Assembly: GCA_035502775.1 (NCBI GenBank) | Contig: DATJUB010000043.1 | Span: 747-64,746, forward strand | Length of the DNA stretch: 64,000 nt | Origin: Solirubrobacterales bacterium | Lineage (GTDB): Bacteria; Actinomycetota; Thermoleophilia; Solirubrobacterales; 70-9 | Direction of reading: 5' to 3' | Shown: positions 20,111 to 28,528 of the stretch, piece by piece | Layout of the letters: the number at the start of each line of letters is the position of its first letter | Position numbering within the stretch: position 1 is the first letter of the stretch | Position numbers and translations under genes: made by a program | Notes under the pieces: generated by a model | Seen by the model: only the letters and a program-made list of their open reading frames with translations | Databases searched by the model: none | What the model was told of the DNA's origin: nothing

Positions 20111-20617
20111 TCAGGCGCCGGGCTTCACGACCATCAGGAAGATCGCGGCGATCACGAGCAGGCCGGTGATCGCTCCGAAGAAACCCTCGGTGCGGCTCAT
20201 CGTCTGGAATTCCTCCGAGAACTCGACCGGCCCGTCACCGGCGGCGGCGATCTCCTTCTCCGACATCGCCAGCAGCTTCTTGTCGGTCGGGATGAAGTAG
20301 CCGCCGATCAGCCCACCGAGGATGAACACGATCACGAAGCTGGCGCTGATCCAGGGGGCACCGAAGTCCCAGTCGTACTCGATCGCCTGATACACGCCGG
20401 TCGCGATGATCAGCAGCAGCGCCGGATTTGCGAAAAAGCGGTTGATCGTCAGCTGGATCCGAAAGACCAGGGGCATGTGGCGCGGATCACCCTTCATCGC
20501 CACCGGCATCAGGATCGATTCGGCGAAGGTCGCCCCGAGACCCACCACCACGGCGGTGATGTGAATCCAAAGCGAGATGTTGTAGCCGGTCAACGTAGTG
20601 GCGAGAGGAAGGTCCAT
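20111..20617 (-). CDS. Integral membrane protein (4 TM, DUF2269-like)
   Basis: A 168-aa protein with four hydrophobic helices. The family name is recalled from memory only. Confidence 0.55.
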   Translation of the reverse strand: MDLPLATTLTGYNISLWIHITAVVVGLGATFAESILMPVAMKGDPRHMPLVFRIQLTINRFFANPALLLIIATGVYQAIEYDWDFGAPWISASFVIVFILGGLIGGYFIPTDKKLLAMSEKEIAAAGDGPVEFSEEFQTMSRTEGFFGAITGLLVIAAIFLMVVKPGA

Positions 20618-20685
20618 GCCCCGACTTTAACGCGCCGCTCCAGACACTTGCGCCTGGCGACAAGGGACGTCTACCCTGTGGATTG

Positions 20686-20886
20686 ATGGAATACGAGCTG
20701 ATTGACAAGTCAGGCGTTTCATTGGAAACCTTCGGAACGCCAGAGAGAGCGATGGACGCGTTCCGGGAAATGGTCGGCGAAGATCCTGCGGCCGCCGACG
20801 ACATCGCGATCCTGAAACTCGACGACGAGGGACACGCCATCGGCCGAATCGACACGGAAGGCGTCGCCTCAACGGCGGGACGCTAG
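20686..20886 (+). CDS. Small strongly acidic hypothetical protein (66 aa)
   Basis: MEYELIDKSGVSLETFGTPERAMDAFREMVGEDPAAADDIAILKLDDEGHAIGRIDTEGVASTAGR. It has 16 D/E versus 6 K/R. It sits in the low-GC insert directly upstream of, and co-oriented with, the nuclease-like ORF. The start is ATG 20686 (TTG 20683 is also possible). Confidence 0.45.
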   Translation: MEYELIDKSGVSLETFGTPERAMDAFREMVGEDPAAADDIAILKLDDEGHAIGRIDTEGVASTAGR

Positions 20887-20967
20887 ATGGCGGACTCAGT
20901 CGCGAAGGACGCGCCCACCTGAGGCGATAGCTACCCATGGCTCGAATCTGTCTACTATTTCCGGACC

Positions 20968-22305
20968 ATGGAAGGTCCAGGAGTGGGAGACAGTCAGGAC
21001 GACTGGCAGGCCGCAAGGCTGCTGCCGACCGTCGGGTTGCGCAACGAACAGGAAAAAGAGCAACGGGCCACCTCGTCGCTCTTGGCCGTGATGTTCGCGG
21101 TTCCTGAGTTCACCTACGGACTGACTTCAGAACTCGGAGCGCCAAAGGGGCAGATCTCGACCTTCATCGAGATTCAACTTCGTGATCGCGAAAACAAGCG
21201 ATGTATTCCTGATGGCGCGATCATCATCAAGCGAGGCTCAAGGCAGTGGCGTTGCCTAGTGGAAGTGAAAACCGGCCAAGCGAGCCTCAAGGCCGATCAG
21301 GTATCGCGATACCTCGACTGGGCTCGGGACAACGACTTCGATGCTGTCCTGACCATCTCCAACGAGATCACCGCGAAGGCGACCGACTCGCCCGTATCCG
21401 TTGACGGTCGCAAGCTGAAGAAGGTGTCACTCTTCCACTTCTCATGGTGGCGGATACTCACTGAGGCCATCGTTCAGCATCGTCATCGCGGCGTCAACGA
21501 TCCCGATCAGGCATGGATCCTTGGAGAACTGATCGCATATCTCGATCACGATAAGTCCGGGGCCAGTGGTTTCCAAGGCATGGGTGATCAATGGGTTGGT
21601 GTCCGGACGGCCACCGCGAATGGGACTCTTCGCAAGGGCGATCCCGGCATTCAAGACGTTGCCGAGCGCTGGAGCCAATTCATTGACTATATGGCGATGG
21701 GCCTGGGTCAGGAACTGGGCCGAGATGTGACTCCCGTCCGACCCAGAAAGTTGGCAGCCGAAGTCCGGTTGGAGCAGAGTGTCAAGCAACTGGTCGAGGA
21801 CGGGGTGCTGAACGCCGCCCTGAAAGTCCCTGACGCGGTCGGAAGCCTTCATGTGGATGCGGATCTCCGAACAAAGAAGGTCACGACGAGTGTCGATGTC
21901 GAAGCCCCTCGGGAAGGACGTCCGAAAACCAGGATCAACTGGCTGCTGCGTCAGCTGAAGCACGTCGAAATGGAGCTCAGAGTTGACGTGCGATTTGCAA
22001 ATACGCGTGAGACTGCTTCCACGATGCTGGCCGAAGCGATCGAGTACCCGGAACTTCTACTTTCACAAACCGACCCGAAACGCGACCCACGTACCTTCAA
22101 GATCGCGTTGACCAGAAAGATGGGATCCAAGCGGGGAAAGGAAGAAGGTTCCTTTGCTAGAGAGACTCGTCAGCAGGCGATCGACTTCTATCGGGACGTA
22201 GTCCAGGATCTCCGCGATTGGCAGGCGCCCGCACCGAAACTTCCCACACCAATTGAGGACGTTCAGCAGTCCCAAGTGGAAACTACGGCGCCGCCGCTAG
22301 CTTGA
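20968..22305 (+). CDS. Hypothetical 445-aa protein with N-terminal PD-(D/E)xK nuclease-like core; C-terminal roughly 300 aa unassigned
   Basis: The signature runs FIE68IQ ... IPD82GAIII ... CLVE99VK101TG, with codons at 21211-21213, 21262-21264 and 21268-21270. GC is lower than in the neighbours (sampled lines give 50-62%). Its stop is 1 nt from the convergent MMPL stop. Confidence 0.6.
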   Translation: MEGPGVGDSQDDWQAARLLPTVGLRNEQEKEQRATSSLLAVMFAVPEFTYGLTSELGAPKGQISTFIEIQLRDRENKRCIPDGAIIIKRGSRQWRCLVEVKTGQASLKADQVSRYLDWARDNDFDAVLTISNEITAKATDSPVSVDGRKLKKVSLFHFSWWRILTEAIVQHRHRGVNDPDQAWILGELIAYLDHDKSGASGFQGMGDQWVGVRTATANGTLRKGDPGIQDVAERWSQFIDYMAMGLGQELGRDVTPVRPRKLAAEVRLEQSVKQLVEDGVLNAALKVPDAVGSLHVDADLRTKKVTTSVDVEAPREGRPKTRINWLLRQLKHVEMELRVDVRFANTRETASTMLAEAIEYPELLLSQTDPKRDPRTFKIALTRKMGSKRGKEEGSFARETRQQAIDFYRDVVQDLRDWQAPAPKLPTPIEDVQQSQVETTAPPLA

Positions 22306-22306
22306 T

Positions 22307-24415
22307 TCACTCCTGATTCGTCGAGGAAGACGACTCAGGTGGGACGGCCTCCCCGCCCTCCCGTGCCAGCGCGGAGGGCCACCAGACCTTCGGGCCGATG
22401 TCGAGGGTGAGGGCCGGGACGAGGATCGATCTGACCAGGAAGGTGTCGAGCAGGACGCCGAAGGCGACCGTGAAGCCCATCTCGGTGAGGAAGACGAGTG
22501 GGAGGATCGCGAGCACCATGAAGGTACCGGCGAGCACTATTCCCGCCGAGGTGATCACGCCGCCGGTCACCGCCAGACCTCGCAGCATGCCCTCTCTGGT
22601 GCCGTGGGTGAGCGTCTCTTCGCGCACCCGGGCCATCAGGAAGATGTTGTAGTCGATCCCGAGCGCGACCAGGAAGACGAACACGAACAGGGGCAGCGAC
22701 GGATCCGTGCCGGGGAAGTCGAAGACGTACTTGCTGACCAGGACCCCGACCCCGAGCGAGGCCGCGAAGCTGACCACGACGGTGCCGATCAGGAGCAGCG
22801 GCGCGAGCACCGAGCGCAGCAGGGCCATCAGGATCAGGAAGACCACGATCAGCACCAGCGGCACGATCACCTTGACGTCACGGTCGTTCGCCTCGCGGAT
22901 GTCGTACTCGACCGCGGTGCCGCCGCCGACCAGGGTGTCGGGACCTCCGGCCTCCTTGGCCGCGTCACGGATGTCGGGAATGAGCGCGAACGCCTCGGTC
23001 GAGTACGGATTCGGCACGAGCACCGCGTTCAGCAGCACACCAGGCTCGCCCTTTGCGACCGGCTTGACCGAGGCCACCCCATCGACCCCGTCGACCGCCG
23101 TGACCACCGCCGGCACGTCGGCGGGATCGGGCACGATGATGTCGGTCGGCGCGTTCGCGCCCGCGGGGAAGGACTTCGCGATCAGCTCCTCGCCGGTGAC
23201 CGCCTCCACGTCGTCGCGGAAGCCGCCCGAGGACGTCAGCCCGTCGTCGTAGGCGAACAGCCCGGCACACATGATCGCCAGCACGACCAGGGCACCCGCC
23301 CACACCCGGCGCGGACTCTTCGCCGTGCGGTCACCGAGGCGCCGCCACGGACCATGGGTCGCGTCCACCCCGCCACTGCCCACTCTCGGGATCTTCGGCC
23401 AGAAGACCCATCGCGGCGCGATCACGAGCATCGCCGGCAGCAGGGTCAGCATCGAGAACATCGCCGAGAAGATGCCGATCGCCCCGATCGGGCCGAGGCT
23501 CGCGGTCGAATTGAGATCGGCGAGCGAGAGGCAGAGCAGGGCCGCCATCACGGTGCCGCCAGAGGCCAGGATCGCCGGACCGGCGCTGCGCAGGGCGATC
23601 TTCATCGACTCGCTCCTGCTCTCGTGGCTGCGTAGCTCCTCGCGGTACCGGCTGATCAGGAGCAGCGCGTAGTCGGTGCCGGCACCGAGCACCAGCACCG
23701 AAAGTATCGAGGACGACTGTCCGTTGACGGTCACCCCCATCTCGGTCAGGCCGTAGCCGATCGCGCGGCTGCCGATCTCGGCGAAACCGACCGCGATCAG
23801 CGGCAGCCAGAGCAGGAAGGGCGAGCGGTAGATCAGGATCAGGAGGACGAAGACGAGCAGGAAGGCCGCCGCGAACAGCGTGCCGTTGATCGATTCGTAG
23901 ACCTTGATCGCGTCGGCCGAGTACCCGGCGGGGCCGGTGACCGCCACCTGGAGCCCGTCGAACGAGCCGCTGACCTCGTCGCGCACCTCGTCCACAGGGT
24001 CGAGCAGATCGTCGGCCTCGCCGGTCGATGTGATGCTGGACAGGACGAGCACGGCCGAGCCGTCCTTCGATCTCGGACCGAGCCGGAACGGTTCGCTGGT
24101 GCCCTCGACGTCGGCGTTCAGCTTCGCCACGTCGGCCTTGATCTTCCGCTGATCGGCCGGGGTCAGTCCGCCCTCGCGGCGGAACACGATCACGATCCCC
24201 GCCTGCTCGCCGTCGGTCAGCTGCTTGGTCGCGTCGAGGGCCTTGGTCGCCTCGGCGTTGCCCGGCAGGTACGAGCTCGACTCGTTGTTCTCGGCGTCGG
24301 AGAACTTGCCGGGGATGTTCATGCCGAAGATCGCGAAGATCGCGGCGAACCAGACCACCACGACCAGCCAGCGGGCCTTCTTCCCGGCGGAGAAGGCGAG
24401 AATGGACTTGACCAT
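22307..24415 (-). CDS. MMPL-family (RND superfamily) membrane transporter
   Basis: A 702-aa protein with two blocks of about 6 TM helices, each following a soluble loop. The N-terminus MVKSILAFSAGKKARWLVVVVWFAAI is typical of MMPL proteins. Confidence 0.85.
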   Translation of the reverse strand: MVKSILAFSAGKKARWLVVVVWFAAIFAIFGMNIPGKFSDAENNESSSYLPGNAEATKALDATKQLTDGEQAGIVIVFRREGGLTPADQRKIKADVAKLNADVEGTSEPFRLGPRSKDGSAVLVLSSITSTGEADDLLDPVDEVRDEVSGSFDGLQVAVTGPAGYSADAIKVYESINGTLFAAAFLLVFVLLILIYRSPFLLWLPLIAVGFAEIGSRAIGYGLTEMGVTVNGQSSSILSVLVLGAGTDYALLLISRYREELRSHESRSESMKIALRSAGPAILASGGTVMAALLCLSLADLNSTASLGPIGAIGIFSAMFSMLTLLPAMLVIAPRWVFWPKIPRVGSGGVDATHGPWRRLGDRTAKSPRRVWAGALVVLAIMCAGLFAYDDGLTSSGGFRDDVEAVTGEELIAKSFPAGANAPTDIIVPDPADVPAVVTAVDGVDGVASVKPVAKGEPGVLLNAVLVPNPYSTEAFALIPDIRDAAKEAGGPDTLVGGGTAVEYDIREANDRDVKVIVPLVLIVVFLILMALLRSVLAPLLLIGTVVVSFAASLGVGVLVSKYVFDFPGTDPSLPLFVFVFLVALGIDYNIFLMARVREETLTHGTREGMLRGLAVTGGVITSAGIVLAGTFMVLAILPLVFLTEMGFTVAFGVLLDTFLVRSILVPALTLDIGPKVWWPSALAREGGEAVPPESSSSTNQE

Positions 24416-24458
24416 GATTCCGACCCTATCCGCGTGGCCGGAGGCTGTGGTCAGAAAG

Positions 24459-24584
24459 TCAGCCCGGCAGGCCGATCAGCACCGATCCGGTCTGATCGGC
24501 GGAGACCACCTCGGTGATCGCCACGCCCATGCCGCCCAGGGCGAGGACCAGCAGTGTGGCGAGCATGAATCCTGTGCGTTTCAT
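24459..24584 (-). CDS. Possible small membrane/secreted peptide (41 aa) upstream of the MMPL gene
   Basis: My own translation gives MKRTGFMLATLLVLALGGMGVAITEVVSADQTGSVLIGLPG*. It is below the ORF-track size cut-off. It lies on the same strand as the MMPL gene and ends 44 nt before its start. No convincing Shine-Dalgarno is seen. Confidence 0.25.
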   Translation of the reverse strand: MKRTGFMLATLLVLALGGMGVAITEVVSADQTGSVLIGLPG

Positions 24585-24691
24585 TCGAGCGAGGCTAGGT
24601 GGGACATCCGCCGATGTCGATCACCATTCGGGGATTGATTCCACCCGTTTGAGGGCTGAGAATGGGCTCCCATCCCCTCTAGAAAGCCCAG

Positions 24692-25477
24692 ATGATCAAG
24701 AATCTGCCCAAGTGGGCGCTCCTCGCGCTGTTCCTGGCCCTACCGGCCGGACTCCCCTCTTTCGCCACCGCCGCCACCCCGAAACTCCAGCCCCGGCCGA
24801 TCAAGTGCCACCAGCTCCAGGGCAGTGGACCGAAGGTCTGTTCCGAGAAACCCGGCCGGATCCCGTGGAAGAACGGCTGGTGGGCGGACGCGACCAAGTA
24901 CAAGGTGATCGACGCGAATCTCTACACCGAGACCGAGTGGGACATTCCGTCCGACGGCTACAAGGCGTTCTACGGCGCCGGCCACGTGATCGTCAACGCG
25001 AGGAAAGGCTTCGGCGGGACCCTGAAGTTCCCGCCGAAGAAGCGCGGGGTGAGCGTCACCGTCCTGAGCGGCAGCCCGGTCAAGTCGAGTGCCGCCTCGG
25101 CGGGCGGCTGGGTCACCGATGACGGCCCCTTCGGCTGCGGTGTCGACGAGGAGCTCGGTGCCGGCTACGCGCCCAGCTCACTGGCCGGCGTGGTCGCCGC
25201 CAACCCCAAGTCGAAGGAGATCAGCATCCAGTGGGCCATGCCGGCGGCACCGTTCCGCTGCCCGAGCGGGGTCCCGGTCTCCAATCCCACCGGAATCGAG
25301 CTGCCCTCCTCCGCCGTGACCACCCGCTACCCGGTTTCGGCCTTCCGCAAGGGAGATCTCTTCCGCCTGCCGATCAGGGCCAGTTGGACCCACACCGATC
25401 CCGGCGACAACGGCGTGTTCACGTTCAGTCTGGTCGGCAGCATCGTGATCGAGCGGGTCCACCACCGGATCCGATGA
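24692..25477 (+). CDS. Secreted hypothetical protein
   Basis: The signal peptide is MIKNLPKWALLALFLALPAGLPSFATAATP. The mature part contains several Cys residues, and I recognise no domain in it. Confidence 0.6.
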   Translation: MIKNLPKWALLALFLALPAGLPSFATAATPKLQPRPIKCHQLQGSGPKVCSEKPGRIPWKNGWWADATKYKVIDANLYTETEWDIPSDGYKAFYGAGHVIVNARKGFGGTLKFPPKKRGVSVTVLSGSPVKSSAASAGGWVTDDGPFGCGVDEELGAGYAPSSLAGVVAANPKSKEISIQWAMPAAPFRCPSGVPVSNPTGIELPSSAVTTRYPVSAFRKGDLFRLPIRASWTHTDPGDNGVFTFSLVGSIVIERVHHRIR

Positions 25478-25524
25478 ACGTCCGCCTCGTCACCACACGG
25501 TGACGAGGCATCCCCGTTCGCCAG

Positions 25525-26235
25525 GTGAATCCGCGGCCACGACCAGCTTTGCTGGGCCGCATGACAAATCCAAACCCATTCCCGTCCCGGCGCCTGACCG
25601 CGATCTGCCTGATCGCGGCGGGCGTGCTCATGGTCGTCGGCTTCGCCGTCACCCCATGGGAGAGCGAGCAGACCTCCCGCGCCTACCACGACACGCTCGC
25701 CGCCAACGCCGATCAATCCCAGGTGGCGGCGGTCTTCCTCCACTTCGGCTATCTGCTGCTCGTTCCCGCGGCCTTCGGCATCATGTCGCTGCTGGCACCG
25801 CGCGGAGGCTGGCTGCTGAAGATCGGCGGGGTGATCTCGGTGTTCGGCATGGCCACCCTGCCGGGTCTGCTGGTCACCGACTCATACGACCTCGCGATGG
25901 CCCAGGAGCTTCCCCGCGACGTCAGCGTCCGGGTGACCGACGCCGCCGGGGAGCTGCCGCTCTCGATGATCATGACCCTGCCCGCCGTGCTGGGGGTCGT
26001 CCTCGGCATGATCCTGCTCTTCGTCGCCCTCTGGCGGGCGGGCGAGGTCGCGGTCTGGTCCCCGGTCCTGGTCGCGGCGGGCTGGATCGTGTCCTTCGCA
26101 AGCTTCGGTCTGGTGACCATCGTGATCGGAGGCAGCGTGATGCTGGCCGGGTTCGTGCTCGCCGCGATCCGCCTCCTCGCCCCGGAGCGCACGAGGGCCC
26201 CCGAGGTGACTGCCGACGCTACCGCGATGCCGTGA
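25525..26235 (+). CDS. Hypothetical integral membrane protein (about 6 TM)
   Basis: Hydrophobic helices run throughout the protein. The start is GTG 25525 or ATG 25561 (MTNPNPF...). It overlaps the kinase gene 3' end convergently by 17 nt. Confidence 0.55.
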   Translation: MNPRPRPALLGRMTNPNPFPSRRLTAICLIAAGVLMVVGFAVTPWESEQTSRAYHDTLAANADQSQVAAVFLHFGYLLLVPAAFGIMSLLAPRGGWLLKIGGVISVFGMATLPGLLVTDSYDLAMAQELPRDVSVRVTDAAGELPLSMIMTLPAVLGVVLGMILLFVALWRAGEVAVWSPVLVAAGWIVSFASFGLVTIVIGGSVMLAGFVLAAIRLLAPERTRAPEVTADATAMP

Positions 26236-28528
26236 GGTCGTCCCGCCCGGCTTCGGGCAGGGGAAGCCTCGTCTGAACCAAGTAGCCGCCGGCGGAAGTC
26301 TCGCCGGCGGCCAGTTCCCCGCCCAGGACCCGGACCCGTTCGCTCATACCGACGATGCCCCGGCCCGTTCCGGTCGCGTTCCCGGGCGGGGCCGGACCGG
26401 GATCGTTGGCTATCGAGACGGTCAGGGCCCGCTCCTCGAGCGTCATCCTGACCGAGACCGGCGCCCCCGGCGCATGCTTGCGGGCGTTGGTGAGACCCTC
26501 CTGGACGATCCGGTAGGCGGTGACCGAAACCCGGGCCGGAACCACGGAGAGAACATCGGAATCTGAGGTCAGCCGCACCTCCTGTCCCGCCGACGTCGCC
26601 GCCTCGACCAGCTCCGGCAGGTCCTCCAGCGATGCCGGCGGCATCATGTCCGCGCCCGATACCCGCAGGGTCTCGAGCAGGCGGCGCAGCTCGACCATCG
26701 TCTGTGCCGCCGCGCCGTCCAGCGCGGCCAGGGTGTCCGCCGTCTTGCGCCCGTCCCGCTTCAGGGTCGCCTCGGCCGAGCCGGCCAGCACCCCGATCAG
26801 CGACACGCCATGCGCGACGACGTCGTGCAGATCGCTCGCGACCCGACGGCGCTCTTCGGCGAGAACCAGGCCGATCCGCTCCTCCTGGGCGAGGGTCAGG
26901 CGCGCCTCGCCGGCCAGCAGCTGTGCGGTCAGCCCGCTGCTGCCGCGTGCGTACCAGCCGGCCATCCAGCTGATCGCGACCGCACAGACCACGATCGGCA
27001 GATCGGTCGAGAGGAAGTCCTCCTGCGGCAGCGACCTTTCGGCCAGGGCGGCCACCACCAGGAAGAGCCCGCCCACGGTCGCCCGGCGGGCGGTGGAGGC
27101 ATAGGCGGCCACCGCGTAGGGCGCGACCGCGAGGGTGAGCACCACGGACCACGGCATCTCCGGCGGTACCCACTCGACGGCCGATCGCAGGAACAGCGCG
27201 CCGCCGAGAACGAGGGCGACGGTCAGTGGATGGCTGCGGCGGAAGAACAGGGGCAACGCCACCAGGACCACCCCCGAGACCAGGCACATCGCCTTCGCCG
27301 AGCCGGTCATCTCGGTGGAATCGAGGAAAGCCGCGGCCAGCGCCATCGCCACGATCAGTAGATCGACCGGGCGGCCGGAGCGCTCGGCGCTGGCGGGACG
27401 ATCGGGCAGGGTCACGTCCAGGCGCCAGATGCCGAACCGGCTCCACCATCTGAGGGTGCCGCCATGGAGCAGCGCACGTTCGGTGAGTCCGGCCAGCTTC
27501 GAGGATTCCCGGAGCGAGACCGGAGCCTCGCCCCGCCCGCGCGCCCTCAGGCGAATCCGGCCGTCGGCGTGCTCGGCCCGGAGGGAAACCGCCGCGGAAC
27601 CGGCGGCGGGCGATCCCGCGAACAGCTCCTCGACGATCCGGGCGGCACCGATGGCGGGACCCGGATGGGTCGCCTCGTCCGAGCCCCTTTCGGCGAGTTC
27701 GAGGATCCAGCCCCTCGATCCGGCGGCGGCGACCGCCCGGCGCAGGTCGTCGGGCGGACCGTCCCCCACCCGTCCTTCGCCTTCTCCGAGCACGCCCAGC
27801 GAGCGCTGCATGTCCTCGAGCGCGTTCGCGGCCGTGCGGCCGATCGCCCGGATGACCTCGCGGGCGCTCTCGTCACCTGAGCGCACCAGGGCGCGTGCCC
27901 TCGAGACCAGCCGCCGCACTTCGCTGATGTCGCGGGCGACGATCGCCTGCAGCTCCCCGGCGATGCGCAGCCTTTCGATCTCCAGCGCGGCCGCGACCCG
28001 CCGATCGCCGCTCGCCCCGGCCCGGGCCAGCCGGTTCGCGGCCCGGTCGGCCTCGCCCCTCCGTGCGCGGACCACCAGCCCGGCGGTTGTCGCGAGCGAC
28101 TGCATGACCAGGACCGCGACGACGTCGCGCACATGAAGCGGCAGTCTCGGTTCGAGCGCCATCGCGGCCGACATGGCCGGAACCAGGGCAGCGGCCACCA
28201 GCAGTGCCCGGCCGCGCGGCTCCACTCTCGCGGCGACCGCGTAGGCGGCGATCGCCGGACCCTGGAGCGGGGTGACCGACTCGATCGAGAGAAAGCCGAA
28301 GGAGGCGTTGATCACGATCGCGACGATCGACCAGGCGGCGACCGGTATCGGTGCGGCGTTGCGGAAGAACAGCGGCAGGACCGCGACCACGGAGAAGCCG
28401 AGACGCATCGCCATCGAGTAATCGGTGGGGAGCGTGATCGCTTCGCCGACCGCCCAGGCGAGCAGGGCCACGGAGAAGCCGATCTCCAGCGGGGAGCCGA
28501 GGGCCCGCCGCAGACCGGCCGCGGTCAC
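26219..28528 (-). CDS. Sensor histidine kinase (HisKA_3/NarL-partner type), internally duplicated: degenerate module plus functional module
   Basis: The C-terminal module has the H-box ERRRVASDLHDVVAHGVS, the N-box QEGLTNARKHA and the G-box GTGRGIVGMSERV. The N-terminal module (aa 1-378) repeats the TM block and the kinase-like layout but reads ERLRIAGELQAIVARDIS, with Gln in place of His. Confidence 0.85.
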   Translation of the reverse strand: MTAAGLRRALGSPLEIGFSVALLAWAVGEAITLPTDYSMAMRLGFSVVAVLPLFFRNAAPIPVAAWSIVAIVINASFGFLSIESVTPLQGPAIAAYAVAARVEPRGRALLVAAALVPAMSAAMALEPRLPLHVRDVVAVLVMQSLATTAGLVVRARRGEADRAANRLARAGASGDRRVAAALEIERLRIAGELQAIVARDISEVRRLVSRARALVRSGDESAREVIRAIGRTAANALEDMQRSLGVLGEGEGRVGDGPPDDLRRAVAAAGSRGWILELAERGSDEATHPGPAIGAARIVEELFAGSPAAGSAAVSLRAEHADGRIRLRARGRGEAPVSLRESSKLAGLTERALLHGGTLRWWSRFGIWRLDVTLPDRPASAERSGRPVDLLIVAMALAAAFLDSTEMTGSAKAMCLVSGVVLVALPLFFRRSHPLTVALVLGGALFLRSAVEWVPPEMPWSVVLTLAVAPYAVAAYASTARRATVGGLFLVVAALAERSLPQEDFLSTDLPIVVCAVAISWMAGWYARGSSGLTAQLLAGEARLTLAQEERIGLVLAEERRRVASDLHDVVAHGVSLIGVLAGSAEATLKRDGRKTADTLAALDGAAAQTMVELRRLLETLRVSGADMMPPASLEDLPELVEAATSAGQEVRLTSDSDVLSVVPARVSVTAYRIVQEGLTNARKHAPGAPVSVRMTLEERALTVSIANDPGPAPPGNATGTGRGIVGMSERVRVLGGELAAGETSAGGYLVQTRLPLPEAGRDDLTASR

